DNA of 63,985 nt, counting the filler, from Licmophora abbreviata (lineage: Eukaryota), in assembly GCA_900291995.1 (NCBI GenBank). It is 15 parts of 15 records of this genome, joined end to end, with 100 filler letters (N's around TTAATTAATTAA, not from the genome) between each part and the next. Parts side by side here need not be neighbours in the genome. Positions count along the whole stretch, not along the records: positions 1 to 1,033 come from OLMU01005946.1; positions 1,134 to 4,944 come from OLMU01005947.1; positions 5,045 to 13,017 come from OLMU01005948.1; 12 more parts are not named here. One strand, written 5' to 3'. The notes beneath the pieces were generated by a model. It worked only from the letters and a program-made list of their open reading frames with translations. It was not told the DNA's origin and ran no database searches. Both the position numbers and the translations under genes were made by a program. Positions 1 through 10,600 of this stretch are shown here, one piece after another (the stretch's first letter is position 1; the number at the start of each line of letters is the position of its first letter).

Positions 1-276
1 CGACGCCCTTGCCTGCTACGATATGAGTCTATGCGACTGACTCGAGAACTATGAGGACTCTCCTCTGAATAGAGACAGCGGCCGTGGTCTACGTCTATTG
101 AAGCATGGAAACCTCCGGAAGGGTATTTATTATAGTATCGTGAGATGCTGTGTTCACTGGTATTATACGAAGTAGATTCTTTCTCCAACTGCCTTCCGCC
201 GGCCATCCTTCCTCCTCCATGCCGCTTTACCGCTGAGCACTCATGCACGGCGATAGAATCGTTTCTACCATGGAAG

Positions 277-1497
277 CTACTGCTCATCCGGAAACAAAAT
301 GGCACGAATCGAAGGAAGAAGTTCCTCGTACACAAGGTTTAGTCGCGACGCCATGGTATTGTCGCAGACGATCTTTCCAGCAATCGCCGTGAGCATGACC
401 CCGCCGTACGTGGATTCTGGCAACATGTGCGCGGGTTCCTCGGAAAGCGTGACGACCGGGGACAACTTGACACCCGATTCTTGCTGAATGATAGTGACAT
501 ACTCGCTTACAGCAGCAGGCAGAATCTTCTTGACCATGCTGATATCATCCTTGCGACAGTAGACAGTGACCTCATTCTCTTCAATCTTGATGAGTCCCTG
601 GACAATGAGTTTCTGGACGAGCTGGGGGTAGTTGCTTCCCCGTGCGACGACAGCGCACTTGGAACCGGATTCTTTCAACAGCGTCTGCAAAAGTTCGTCG
701 CGAATCTGCATCTTCTTGACACGGCATTCTCCAATCTCTGCGGACCGAGCGATGCGTTCCTGGACTTCGCGGTCCTTTTCCTTCTTTGCAAATTCCTCTT
801 GAATATTCAATTTGGCCTCGTGCACCAGCGTCTGCTTTTCCAGGTTGAAGTCGTGTTCTGTCTGCGAAGTGGAGAAGAGGGAAGAGACAGGTGACAAAGT
901 CCCGCAAGTGAGAAAGTGATTGTCAAGTGATAGCGATAGGGTTAGCGCTAGCGCTAGACACGCCTCGCTCGAAGGATTCGCCAAAGCCGGACAACGGATC
1001 TTTGCCGTGATCGCGCGACAGAGGCTTGTTTTCNNNNNNNNNNNNNNNNNNNNNNNNNNNNNNNNNNNNNNNNNNNNTTAATTAATTAANNNNNNNNNNN
1101 NNNNNNNNNNNNNNNNNNNNNNNNNNNNNNNNNCGCGACAGAGGCTTGTTTTCGAGGGAGACTACAACATCATCTTTCTTGGCCAGCCACGACAGGAACT
1201 CAAGTCGTTGCGATGGCTCGTCAAGTGAGAAGCGTCCATAATCATGGTCGGAAAGCCTTGCCTCGCCAATGGCAAACTCAAAGGGTCTAAAAATAGTAGG
1301 TTCCTTTCCTCATAGTATCTTTGTGTAGAAGCGTACAGAGAAGAGGAATCCGGAATTGTCATTTCGGAAACCGTGAGGTATCCATCGCACGATACACGCA
1401 TTCCTCTTTTCCTCACCTTGACACGAATTTCATTGGCCTTTTCGTGAGCCTCCTGGAGGATAAAGTTTACCATCTGTCGGATCTGATCGGTCGCCAT
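277..1497 (-). CDS. VMA4: V-type proton ATPase subunit E (2 exons: 1497-1417, 861-277; about 221 aa)
   Basis: Exon 1 MATDQIRQMVNFILQEAHEKANEIRVK splices (AAG|GTGAGG ... TCGCAG|ACA) in frame to TEHDFNLEKQTLV...GGVMLTAIAGKIVCDNTMASRL...LPSIRAILF, typical V1-E motifs. The intron crosses a spacer whose flanks overlap by 20 nt. Confidence 0.95.
1034..1133. other. Artificial contig spacer (N-run + TTAATTAATTAA + N-run), first of 14
   Basis: Identical 100-nt spacers at 1034, 4945, 13018, 14840, 20060, 24590, 35114, 36914, 39827, 50423, 53199, 55013, 61552 and 62875. TTAATTAATTAA gives stops in all six frames. Confidence 0.99.
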
Positions 1498-2255
1498 GGT
1501 GAAAGGATTGTTTGATATGAACGAATTCGAACGACAACGCGCAAAACGGATGCGGCCACTGTGTTGAGTTTTTGCCTCTGCTTCCGGGAGCTTGGCGGCA
1601 GAGCAGTCGGCGAGGCACGCGCGCAGATCATTCGTCATCAGCCATAAGTCTGGTGTTCGTATTGTTCCTTAAAACCTCCATATTTGTATACACATTTGTA
1701 GAAGTACTTAGAGAATGTTCTCAAACGCGGATTTTGTGTGGCGCTCATCGCGTGCTGTGTGCTGTGTTGATCAAAACGTGACAAGGTCTAGGCTGTCCTG
1801 CAGACCGGTATCATATACAATATCTCTCCTAGTCTTGTGACGCTCCTCGGACCATGTCACGTCCCAAAGGCCCCCTGGGCATCGACCCATTGCACTTTTC
1901 GGCGTTTCTATTTTTCTGTTTGCTTCTGTTTGTAATGTATCTGTTAATGCCGAGAGGCGTCCGCGTGCGCTATTTCGGGGCCTATCCCAAGCGATATGCT
2001 TGGAGCGCCAGAAGTAGAGCCAGAAGGAGCGGCCGGAGCGTGATACAGGTAAGAAGGAGTCAACAAAAAGGCAAAGATTGTCACAAGTAACGAGAAAGAG
2101 AGCAAGGGACGACGAGACTGGAGACAGAGAGATCGATTCATTCGGTCGATACTGCTCGTCTTCTCGCCTGTCTCTCTCCAATGCTGTTTCCTAATTGCGT
2201 ATTCAATACATACCATTATGATATTCATAACTCTCATTTCTCCTATTCAACCGCA

Positions 2256-2924
2256 ATGACACAGGGGTCCACCATTGGGGGCGGAAGTTCGATCGGGACA
2301 GCCACCACGGGAACTGCGCCTCAACCACGGAGTGCTGGTACGATTGGCCTCCCCACTGCTGGTGGATCGGCTAAGGCTGGTCCTGGCGCTTCGCACACCT
2401 TTGCCGGGCGACATGACGAAGAGCAGATCACGTTTCAACAGGGCAATGACGAAATTGTCGTCTCGGCGGCAATGCAACAGTTGCGCGAACCGGGGGTGCT
2501 CATTGTCGCGCATGGGAGCAGAGGCAAGCCAAAGACTGTGCGACTGCAGCTTACGGAGACGGCCATTACCTGGCGAACGGAGACGAAGAAAAGGAGCAAC
2601 ACGACAAAACTGGGAAAGCTACATCAGGTACCGCTGTCTCATATCATGTATGTCGATGTCGGCAAACAAACAACGGCTCTGAGGAGGGTCGAAAATGCAT
2701 CGGTCCCCGAAACTCTGTGCTTTAGCTTGTTAACGAAAGAAGGGTCCCTCGATTTGGAAGCCAATTCGCCTCGAGAGCGAGATGCACTCGTCTCCTGTTT
2801 TTCCATGGTATTGGATGAAGTTCATGCGCAGAACTGGAGGGACATTTACCGGGGGCCCAGCAGCGACATGCCCAGCTCGTTTGATGACTTTGACCAGGAG
2901 CAACAACAAGGAGAGCAAGTCTAA
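2256..2924 (+). CDS. Stand-alone PH-domain protein (PLC-type PH)
   Basis: From MTQGS: Gly/Thr-rich N-terminus, then GKPKTVRLQL..ITW...VPLSHIMYVDVGKQTTALRR...CFSLLTKEGSLDLEANSPRERD, matching the PLC-like PH consensus. Confidence 0.75.
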   Translation: MTQGSTIGGGSSIGTATTGTAPQPRSAGTIGLPTAGGSAKAGPGASHTFAGRHDEEQITFQQGNDEIVVSAAMQQLREPGVLIVAHGSRGKPKTVRLQLTETAITWRTETKKRSNTTKLGKLHQVPLSHIMYVDVGKQTTALRRVENASVPETLCFSLLTKEGSLDLEANSPRERDALVSCFSMVLDEVHAQNWRDIYRGPSSDMPSSFDDFDQEQQQGEQV

Positions 2925-3149
2925 GAAGTACTTGCGGGTATAATGCGATGCGATGCGATGCGATGGTCCATCTTTGATACTGAGCCTTCCTATGGTGGAG
3001 TGTATCGATAGCAGTTCCAACTAGCGGGATCGATTTGGTCTCTCGGTGTCTTCTTTGCGTCGCGCAAGATACGTTATAACATATCAAACGACTTTTACGA
3101 GACTGGAAGACAGAAATGGTGCTAATGGAATTATAGTAGCTAGGCGACA

Positions 3150-4787
3150 TCAACTCGGCTTGCCGTGTGAGTGCTTGGCTTCGAGACGAACCCTCTTCTG
3201 TTCTCGCTGCCGCTGCTTCCAGGCCTGCTTCTTCTTTCGCTTTTTGCCAAGTGCCTTTTCTTTTTCGGTTTTCGCTTGTGGCTGTGCAGCTTTTCTCAAT
3301 TCCGTTGGCCGGCCTTCTCCCGCTGCTTTCGCAATCGCCGGGTTGGCGACAGGGTTCGACGGGCTTTCGTCGGTCCCTGGCGACGCCCGATTCTTTGTCG
3401 ATGTTGAGACAGAGAACTCCCCATTGTAGAATGAAACGCCCTCTGGAGGACCCCATGCCGGTTCATCATCAGCCATATTTCTCGGCGCCGCCGATGCATC
3501 GGTCGACGCATCGTACCTTTCGAAATAAGAAACAAAAAAGCCATTCGTCTCATCGTCGCGATCGGCACGAATCAGGCAGGCTGCTTGTTCCGGTGTCAGT
3601 CCATCAACTACGTGGCCGCGTCGCTTCCAGTGCAAAAGACAGCTCGGTGATACTATCCTCCACTCATCGGAGAACATTGCAATCGCTTGACTCACGACAC
3701 ACTCATTTTCGATCTCGTGCAAAGAGCATGTTGAATAAACGATGCGTTGCACGTTCGGAAACGACATGGCGTGCCGAAGTGTAGTCAGCTGAAAGTTCGA
3801 TAGCGATTGTAGGCGGGACGATGAAGCGACACCGTTCTCGTCGTCCTGCAAATCGGCATGTCGGTCTGGCGAAGTAAAGATTCCGCTACCCGAGCAAGAT
3901 GGATCCAAGAGAATCCCTCGGACGGCATCAAACTCCGAGGGAACCGTCTTGAGAAAGTCAGCGTGCATGGGACTCACACGCACAAGGCGGTGGTTATGAG
4001 ATATTCCTAATTGATCCAAGCGTCGCGTAAGCAAGGCCAAACGTTCCGAGGCACGATCGAGGGCGAACACTGTAAGCTTCTGGGGACTATTGCGATTCAA
4101 CAATAGTGACGCCAGGTGACTTGTTTTGTTTCCAGGAGCTGCGCAAGCATCCAAGATGTCACCCTCGAGCGGGCTATCATTTCCGTGGACTAAACAGAGA
4201 GCAGAAAAGCATGAACTCTTGTCTTGAAGCACGACCCGTCCCTGTTTGACGAGGTCGTTGTCATGGAGCGTCGTGCCCGGGGGCAAGACCAGCACATCCG
4301 GCACATGGATATCGGCAAAAAGTTCTCTCGACTGACCTCGTAGGATTCCGATAACCTCATCAGAGTCTGGACGAAACGCATTGATACGTACATAGCGTGG
4401 AAATGCCACGCTGGAGACCGCTCTTTGGGTTTTCTTGTTCCCCTGGATTTCTGCCAAGACACGACGAAGACATGCTTCCTTGGCCGTGAGCTTTCGCTTC
4501 AAGGCGCCTCCTCCTCGTATTCTACGATTCGGACCCAACAAAAGCTCATATGCTAATACGTATAGAAGTCCTTCGTTGCGTACGTTGTCGAACGAACTAC
4601 CCATTCGCTTCAACACTTGTCGCAGGACGGACTGCGAATCGAGCACGTGACAGACTTGCGCGTAAGTCGCCTTTGAACATTTTAGCGATCCTGTTTTGGA
4701 ATCATAGGCGATGGTCTTAATACTTTTGTGCTGAGTCCAGATCGTGGTCAGCATCTGTGCTGCAGGAGCGTACGGCGAGGACGACAT
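3150..4787 (-). CDS. NSUN5: 25S/28S rRNA cytosine-C5 methyltransferase (NSUN5/Rcm1 family)
   Basis: Motifs FPRYVRIN, LQDKSSCF, DACAAPGNKTSHL, LLDPSCSGSG, VYSTCSLHEIENE, TNGFFVS, plus a Lys-rich C-terminal tail. Confidence 0.93.
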   Translation of the reverse strand: MSSSPYAPAAQMLTTIWTQHKSIKTIAYDSKTGSLKCSKATYAQVCHVLDSQSVLRQVLKRMGSSFDNVRNEGLLYVLAYELLLGPNRRIRGGGALKRKLTAKEACLRRVLAEIQGNKKTQRAVSSVAFPRYVRINAFRPDSDEVIGILRGQSRELFADIHVPDVLVLPPGTTLHDNDLVKQGRVVLQDKSSCFSALCLVHGNDSPLEGDILDACAAPGNKTSHLASLLLNRNSPQKLTVFALDRASERLALLTRRLDQLGISHNHRLVRVSPMHADFLKTVPSEFDAVRGILLDPSCSGSGIFTSPDRHADLQDDENGVASSSRLQSLSNFQLTTLRHAMSFPNVQRIVYSTCSLHEIENECVVSQAIAMFSDEWRIVSPSCLLHWKRRGHVVDGLTPEQAACLIRADRDDETNGFFVSYFERYDASTDASAAPRNMADDEPAWGPPEGVSFYNGEFSVSTSTKNRASPGTDESPSNPVANPAIAKAAGEGRPTELRKAAQPQAKTEKEKALGKKRKKKQAWKQRQREQKRVRLEAKHSHGKPS

Positions 4788-5235
4788 GGTCGACAGCACG
4801 CAGCGCAGCTGAAAGTTTGGTTTGGGTTTGGGTTTTGGTTGGCCAGTATTGATGCTTTTCGCGCTTTCCCGCTTGAGTCGAATGGGTCAAGCTGGAACGT
4901 TGGGAAAAAATGTCCAAACATCACTCAAACTCTTCGCAAATCTANNNNNNNNNNNNNNNNNNNNNNNNNNNNNNNNNNNNNNNNNNNNTTAATTAATTAA
5001 NNNNNNNNNNNNNNNNNNNNNNNNNNNNNNNNNNNNNNNNNNNNAAGGGACAAAGGCAACACTTGAATCAAATCAAATCAAATCTAACTATGCATCGTAG
5101 TCGCTTACTGTCTGCGTTAATAAACCGATTGCCGGTTCTTCGTAAAACAGTGCGTAGGACCGCAATCGACTCATTCTTGTCCAGCCGCTTCGACACTCTA
5201 TATTTGCTTGAGCAGCCCTTCACTTCTGGCTAGCC

Positions 5236-7245
5236 TTAACGCTTCGATTTTTTGGATGACACGCCTTTCTGCAACTTGACGAGGATTGATCCAGTTGGCA
5301 AAGAGTACTCCGATCCTTTTGCGCCGCCGTGAGAAGTAATTCGCTCATCTCCCAGTAGCAGTGCTTGTAACTCTCGTTCGAGTCGACCCTGGAACACCAG
5401 CTCTGCACAGCCTTTCTTAAGCGCCGCGCGTCCTTCTGGGTCTGTATCGATCGTTCCCGAGCACGCGAATCGTCGGGTCACGTTGCCACAAAATTCGGAA
5501 ACATCAATGGAGAAAGCTTCCAGTCCACGCACACGGGTGACAAACTTGCGTCCTCCACGCATCGAGACGTCAATCAACACCTTTGGTGGCGTTCCGCGGC
5601 CCAATCGACGAACGTGACTTCCAGGCATTTCCACCACAGCAAAGGCAGGATCCATTCTGTCCATCCATCGTACCACCAAGTCCTTTCGGGATATCCGTTC
5701 CGGCGCCGATTGTTTCTTGAAAAGCGCATCAGTCAGTGCTCCGTCCAGTAGAACCTCCGCCGGGGACAGTAGTAATTCATTTTGCGTCGCGTACTTCTCG
5801 AGAATGGCCCTCGCTTCGGGCGTGGTCAACATGCCAGTTCCCTTCCGCTCTTTGCTTGTCGCATTCGCCGCCGCGACGTCGTCTGGATCGAGTCGTAGCA
5901 GCTTCACCCAATGATGCGGTACGATGAAAAGATGGACTATTGTCATTGCTTTCTTCTTCTGCTGGTGTTCCACTGATTTGGCATGCTTGAGGCCTCGAAG
6001 ATTTTCGTGCTTGCGATTGATCGCGACGAGAAAGCCAACTGGATTTTTGCCCTGGGCCTTAACTTCGACCAGCCCATTTTCTGCTTGGTCAGCAAGATAT
6101 GAACCGAACTTCTTCCACCTCGTCAGCTTTAGCTGAACGGTTGTGCCAGAGGGTCGATTGGGTAGAACGTGGTTCGAATAAAGGTTCGCTGTTGTGATCG
6201 GGAGCATTGCGTTCCCGAGAGCCACCAAAGCCTTGCAGAAAGCTTGGTGAAGGACTACTTCGTAAGGATTTTGATCCTCATGGTTTTCGTCAATTTCATT
6301 GTCTAGCGGTGCATCAGTAAGCATACTGAAGTCGCTATCGTCGGCGATTGACATTGACGTCAGCTCGACGGAAGGCAGCATGTTTGCAGCCGCCGTGACA
6401 GTATCGTGGTTCCCGTTCGAGTCACAGTCGGCCTTGATGGTAGATATGATCGGGTCGACAATCGTTCCCTCCACAAACCCTGAGTTTCCATAATGGCCAG
6501 CGTCAAAGGGTGCCCCGCCAATGGGATTGAGTCTTCCGTCGGCGAAAACCTTCGTACACTGGTGACTCCAGAGGTCATCACCGTAGCACGTCCAAATCTC
6601 GACGCCGACACCCTTAGTGCCCGGACCAATGTTGTCCGCCGCCGTACTCGAGGTCAATCGTCCCACAGCAAACGGCTGCACATTCCCCGGTATTCGAACA
6701 CACACTATCCCATACGAAGTTCCGGTACTGCTAGTTGCCTTCGGTAAGAACCGTATGCCAGCACGCATCAAATTCGCGCCTCGACAAAGGTACTTTGAAA
6801 TGGTTGACGATTGCAGTGTAACGGCCGGGAAATCGGGAATGACTGCCAAAAGTGCCAAAGTGGGAGCATGGACGATTTGGTTCGGACCCATATCGACCGT
6901 CATCCACACACATTGATGGGTCGAGCTGTATGGCCACAGCCATCTGCTACCGGTACTGTCAGTGCTGTCCTGTCCGGTGGATTTGTCGTTCATTGGCAAT
7001 GGCGTTGGTGACCGAAAGTACAACACCACCTTTCCAAGCATGGGATGGACAATTTTCCGTGCCGATAGTGTGCCTTCAAGGAAGACGGCAGCCAAGATAC
7101 TACTAGTCTTGGCGTCGGCATCGTTGCTGCCGAAGAGGTTTGTAGCGGCCAGTCTCAAATCTCGACGATCGGACTTGCGCAGCGGCGTATCCACCGCCTT
7201 TCTGCCTCCCTTCGTCACTACCGACGATCCTTCCTTATGAAACAT
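5236..7245 (-). CDS. EIF2D: Translation initiation/recycling factor eIF2D (ligatin)
   Basis: Pre-PUA start (MFHK...LRKSDRRDLR), PUA (LCRGANLMRAGI, GKGVEIWTCYGDDLW), winged-helix (LKLTRWKKFGSYL), SWIB-like region and C-terminal SUI1 (RGGRKFVTRVRGLEAF...ELVFQG). Confidence 0.9.
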   Translation of the reverse strand: MFHKEGSSVVTKGGRKAVDTPLRKSDRRDLRLAATNLFGSNDADAKTSSILAAVFLEGTLSARKIVHPMLGKVVLYFRSPTPLPMNDKSTGQDSTDSTGSRWLWPYSSTHQCVWMTVDMGPNQIVHAPTLALLAVIPDFPAVTLQSSTISKYLCRGANLMRAGIRFLPKATSSTGTSYGIVCVRIPGNVQPFAVGRLTSSTAADNIGPGTKGVGVEIWTCYGDDLWSHQCTKVFADGRLNPIGGAPFDAGHYGNSGFVEGTIVDPIISTIKADCDSNGNHDTVTAAANMLPSVELTSMSIADDSDFSMLTDAPLDNEIDENHEDQNPYEVVLHQAFCKALVALGNAMLPITTANLYSNHVLPNRPSGTTVQLKLTRWKKFGSYLADQAENGLVEVKAQGKNPVGFLVAINRKHENLRGLKHAKSVEHQQKKKAMTIVHLFIVPHHWVKLLRLDPDDVAAANATSKERKGTGMLTTPEARAILEKYATQNELLLSPAEVLLDGALTDALFKKQSAPERISRKDLVVRWMDRMDPAFAVVEMPGSHVRRLGRGTPPKVLIDVSMRGGRKFVTRVRGLEAFSIDVSEFCGNVTRRFACSGTIDTDPEGRAALKKGCAELVFQGRLERELQALLLGDERITSHGGAKGSEYSLPTGSILVKLQKGVSSKKSKR

Positions 7246-7367
7246 GATGAGCAGATGGCTAGGAGCGTGATTGGTCCGTCAGAACCGAATCGTTACAGAT
7301 ATTGTCTGAATGGATGCTCCTCGGCATGGCTGAACTCGGTTCATCATCATCAGAGTTGAGTTCCAAA

Positions 7368-7402
7368 CTGAAAACTGAAATCTGAAATCTGAAATCTGAA
7401 AA
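7368..7402. repeat. Tandem (TCTGAAA)-type heptamer repeat in the eIF2D/XRN divergent intergenic region
   Basis: Sequence reads ctgaaaactgaaatctgaaatctgaaatctgaaaa. Confidence 0.75.
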
Positions 7403-7699
7403 CTTCACGCGCATCAAATTCTCCCACCATCGGCGCGCGACACGCACGTTTGGAGCGCGTGCTGTGTGTATTCTGGACCACGAAATTCGAGCGTCTTGAC
7501 CATGATGACACAACAAACTGAAGTCTGAGCAGTTTCACGTTCATCAGCCGTCCCGTGGCCCATTGAACCGGCCAGTTATTCTGCAGACCCAAGCTGGCTC
7601 ACAGTGCCTCTATCGGGTACTCCATTTCGACACCAATAACGATAACGCTCTAATCGACGAGTTTCTTCGGTCGCCTAGCTGGTACTGGCTACAGTCACG

Positions 7700-10600
7700 A
7701 TGGGAGTCCCCAAGTTCTTTCGGTGGATGTCGGAACGCTATCCAAAGATTAATCAGCGTGCTGGTCTGCCGCCAGACCAAGAGACTTGCTACAAACACTT
7801 CGGTCAACCTCCTCCAGTGCCTGTCGAAGAGCCAGACCCGCTATCGACATGTGGATTGCCTCCCCCAATAGATCGCCTTTACATTGACATGAACGGCGTG
7901 ATCCATGGTTGTTCCCACAACAACTCGAATCCTGAAGACAAAGAGGAAGACTCCGCCAGCAAGAACATTACCAGAAAAGACATCTTTCGGAACGTATGTT
8001 TCTACTTGGATCGAATCGTCGGAGATATTGCCAAGCCGACACAACTTGTATACATGTCAATTGATGGAGTTGCGCCTCGGGCCAAGCTCAATCAGCAACG
8101 CAGTCGTCGCTATCGCTCTGGTCGGACAGGTATGATTGAACGAACCGTCTACGAGGCGCACATCCACGCTCTTGAAGAAAAGAAGCGGGACGCAATGGAG
8201 GAGGATGCAGACGCTGATGCTGGAACCAACTTTTTGAGCAATTTGTTATCGTCGAGCAATCCAGATGCGCAAGTCAAAGAGGTCGAGCCCGGGCGGTACA
8301 CGGGCAAGTTTGAAACGCAGGATGTCGAGCTAGCCAAACATTCGGACGATAGTTTTCATTCCAACTCAATTACTCCAGGAACTCCCTTTTTCCAAGAGTG
8401 CACGAAACACATTGAACATTTCATTCGGTACAAGCTTTCTCATGACCCGAAATGGAAGCACTTGACCATTATCTTTTCTGGTCCCGATGTACCAGGGGAG
8501 GGCGAACATAAGATTATGGACTTCATGCGAAAAGAGAAATACCGGGACGACTACGATCCGAATTTGAGGCATTGCATTATGGGGCAGGACGGAGACTGGA
8601 TCATGCTTGGTCTAGCAACACACGAACCCAACCTAGTTCTCCTGCGCGAGCAAGTTATTTTCGATATGACCAGACGAAATCTCCTGCAGCGAAATACCAA
8701 TGGCATGGACATGTATATATTCAATGCCAACTTTGAGTGGTTGCACATGAATGTCCTTCGAGACTATCTGGCATACGAATTCGAGACTGGAGACGTCATT
8801 CCTGACAACCCGTTTGATCTAGAGGCGACTATCGATGATTTCGTGTTCATGACATTTTTTGTGGGCAACGATTTTCTCCCTCACATGCCAGCGCTCGATA
8901 TTGCGGACGAAGCGTTCGAATTGCTGTTTCTGACGTACAAGCGCCTTCGATGGAAATGGCTGAAAGACGAGTCACGCCCCCCGTACATCACGAACGCGGG
9001 AGACATAATTTGCGGCAAGAGACTCGAGCATTTCTTTTCTGCCCTGGGTGAATATGAAAACCCATACTACGACAACAAGAAACGAGATTCCAAGGATCGC
9101 ATCGAGAACTGGCGAAAAAGCGATGAACGATTGGGTGAGACACTGTCATGCGGTCAAACTGTGCTGTTGATCTCGCCACTTGCCCGCTTTCACTCACAAC
9201 TTAGATGCTCGTTGCCTCCACTTTTGATGTATGATTTGTAAAGGATTCAAGTCTGCGATTCCGGATGATGAGGTAATAGAGTCCAAAGAACAGCTGGATA
9301 GAGCAAAGTATCGCGAGATGTTGCAATCAATCGACCCCGTCCAGGCTAGTGCCAGGAGCAACTCTTCATCCCAATTCTCGGCAGTCCTCTCAGGTTCCGA
9401 TCTTCCCTCAGGTCTATCTGGAGATGATGTGGAAGAGGGCTTACTGTCTCGTTTTGGAAAGCTTCTCCAGTATTCGGTTTCCGATGCAGATGAAGCGTCG
9501 GGGCGGATCCTCAAGTTCAACGCGATGGACGACAATGATACAAAAGGGCGATACTACTTTGATAAGTTTGGATTCACACCATTTGATGCGGAAAAGCACA
9601 TGGCCTTACGCAACGCATACATTGAAGGGCTGGTGTGGACCTTGAAGTATTACTATCATGGTGTGGCTTCCTGGGAGTGGTACTACCCCTTTCACTATGG
9701 TGCGTACTTTTCCGTGTCATTGGCGCCTCCTGTCACCAACTGCCCTTCGCCTTGGTGTCATTACTAATGCTTTTGCTGTTATATTGGATCCTATGTTAAG
9801 GGCCCATGATTAGCGATTTGGTGGGTGTCGAGGAGATGCTTGCGGAAGTTTCATTTGACGATCGAGTCGGGGAACCCCTACGACCGTTTGAGCAGTTGAT
9901 GGGTTGTATGCCCCCGTCGTCATCGTACATGCTACCAGAACCCTATCGATGGCTCTTGACCGATGAGTCTTCCCCGATCATAGATTTCTACCCCCGCAGC
10001 TTCACCGTCGACATGAACGGGAAGCGTTGGCCTTGGGAGGCAGTTGTAATGCTACCGTTCATCAATTCGAAGCGTTTGAAGGAAGCTGCTAGGACCCTGG
10101 TCACGGACGACATGCTATCGGAAGACGAGAAGAGTCGTAACAGGCACGGACATGCTCTTCTTTTCTCAAGAGATGACTCCTCTTGCGAAAATGTTCCAGC
10201 TGTTGGAGAAGGCGAAGGATTCGTCGCGATGGCCGACTGCAAAGTACCGAGAGTTCTGTTCAAGGAAACGCAATGGAATTTTGAACCCGACGGGCATGTC
10301 ACTTTTCGGCCAGAGCTGGAAGAAGGAGTGGTCTACCCACTGCCGGGCTTTGCAACGCTTCGGACCGTCCCTACTAAAAGATTGGTTCGCCGGAGAATCG
10401 GTATCAATGTTTTCGGGTTGCGAAGCAGGTATCGCACGGCGATGCTGGAGCTGAGCGATACTCTACCAGAACTTCCTCCCGTCGAAGTGCTTGCCTCGAA
10501 ACTCATTGGCACGTCTCTCCAATTTAATTTTCCTTTCTTCTTAGAAGGCTTAATCACTGCTGTTTCCAGTAGTGATATGACGGCTAGAGGCGTTGGCGAG

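Noticed and set aside
1078..1089. TTAATTAATTAA recurring 14 times as a possible repeat array or CRISPR
   Set aside because: Always centred in identical N-runs, so it is an artificial six-frame-stop linker.
862..1416. Intronic box C/D snoRNA
   Set aside because: Only imperfect C-like words and no CTGA D box found on the coding strand.
2943..2965. (ATGCG)4 and other microsatellites (5067 AATCA, 36725 GAGTC, 58039 CAA, 61309 CT)
   Set aside because: Ordinary simple repeats.
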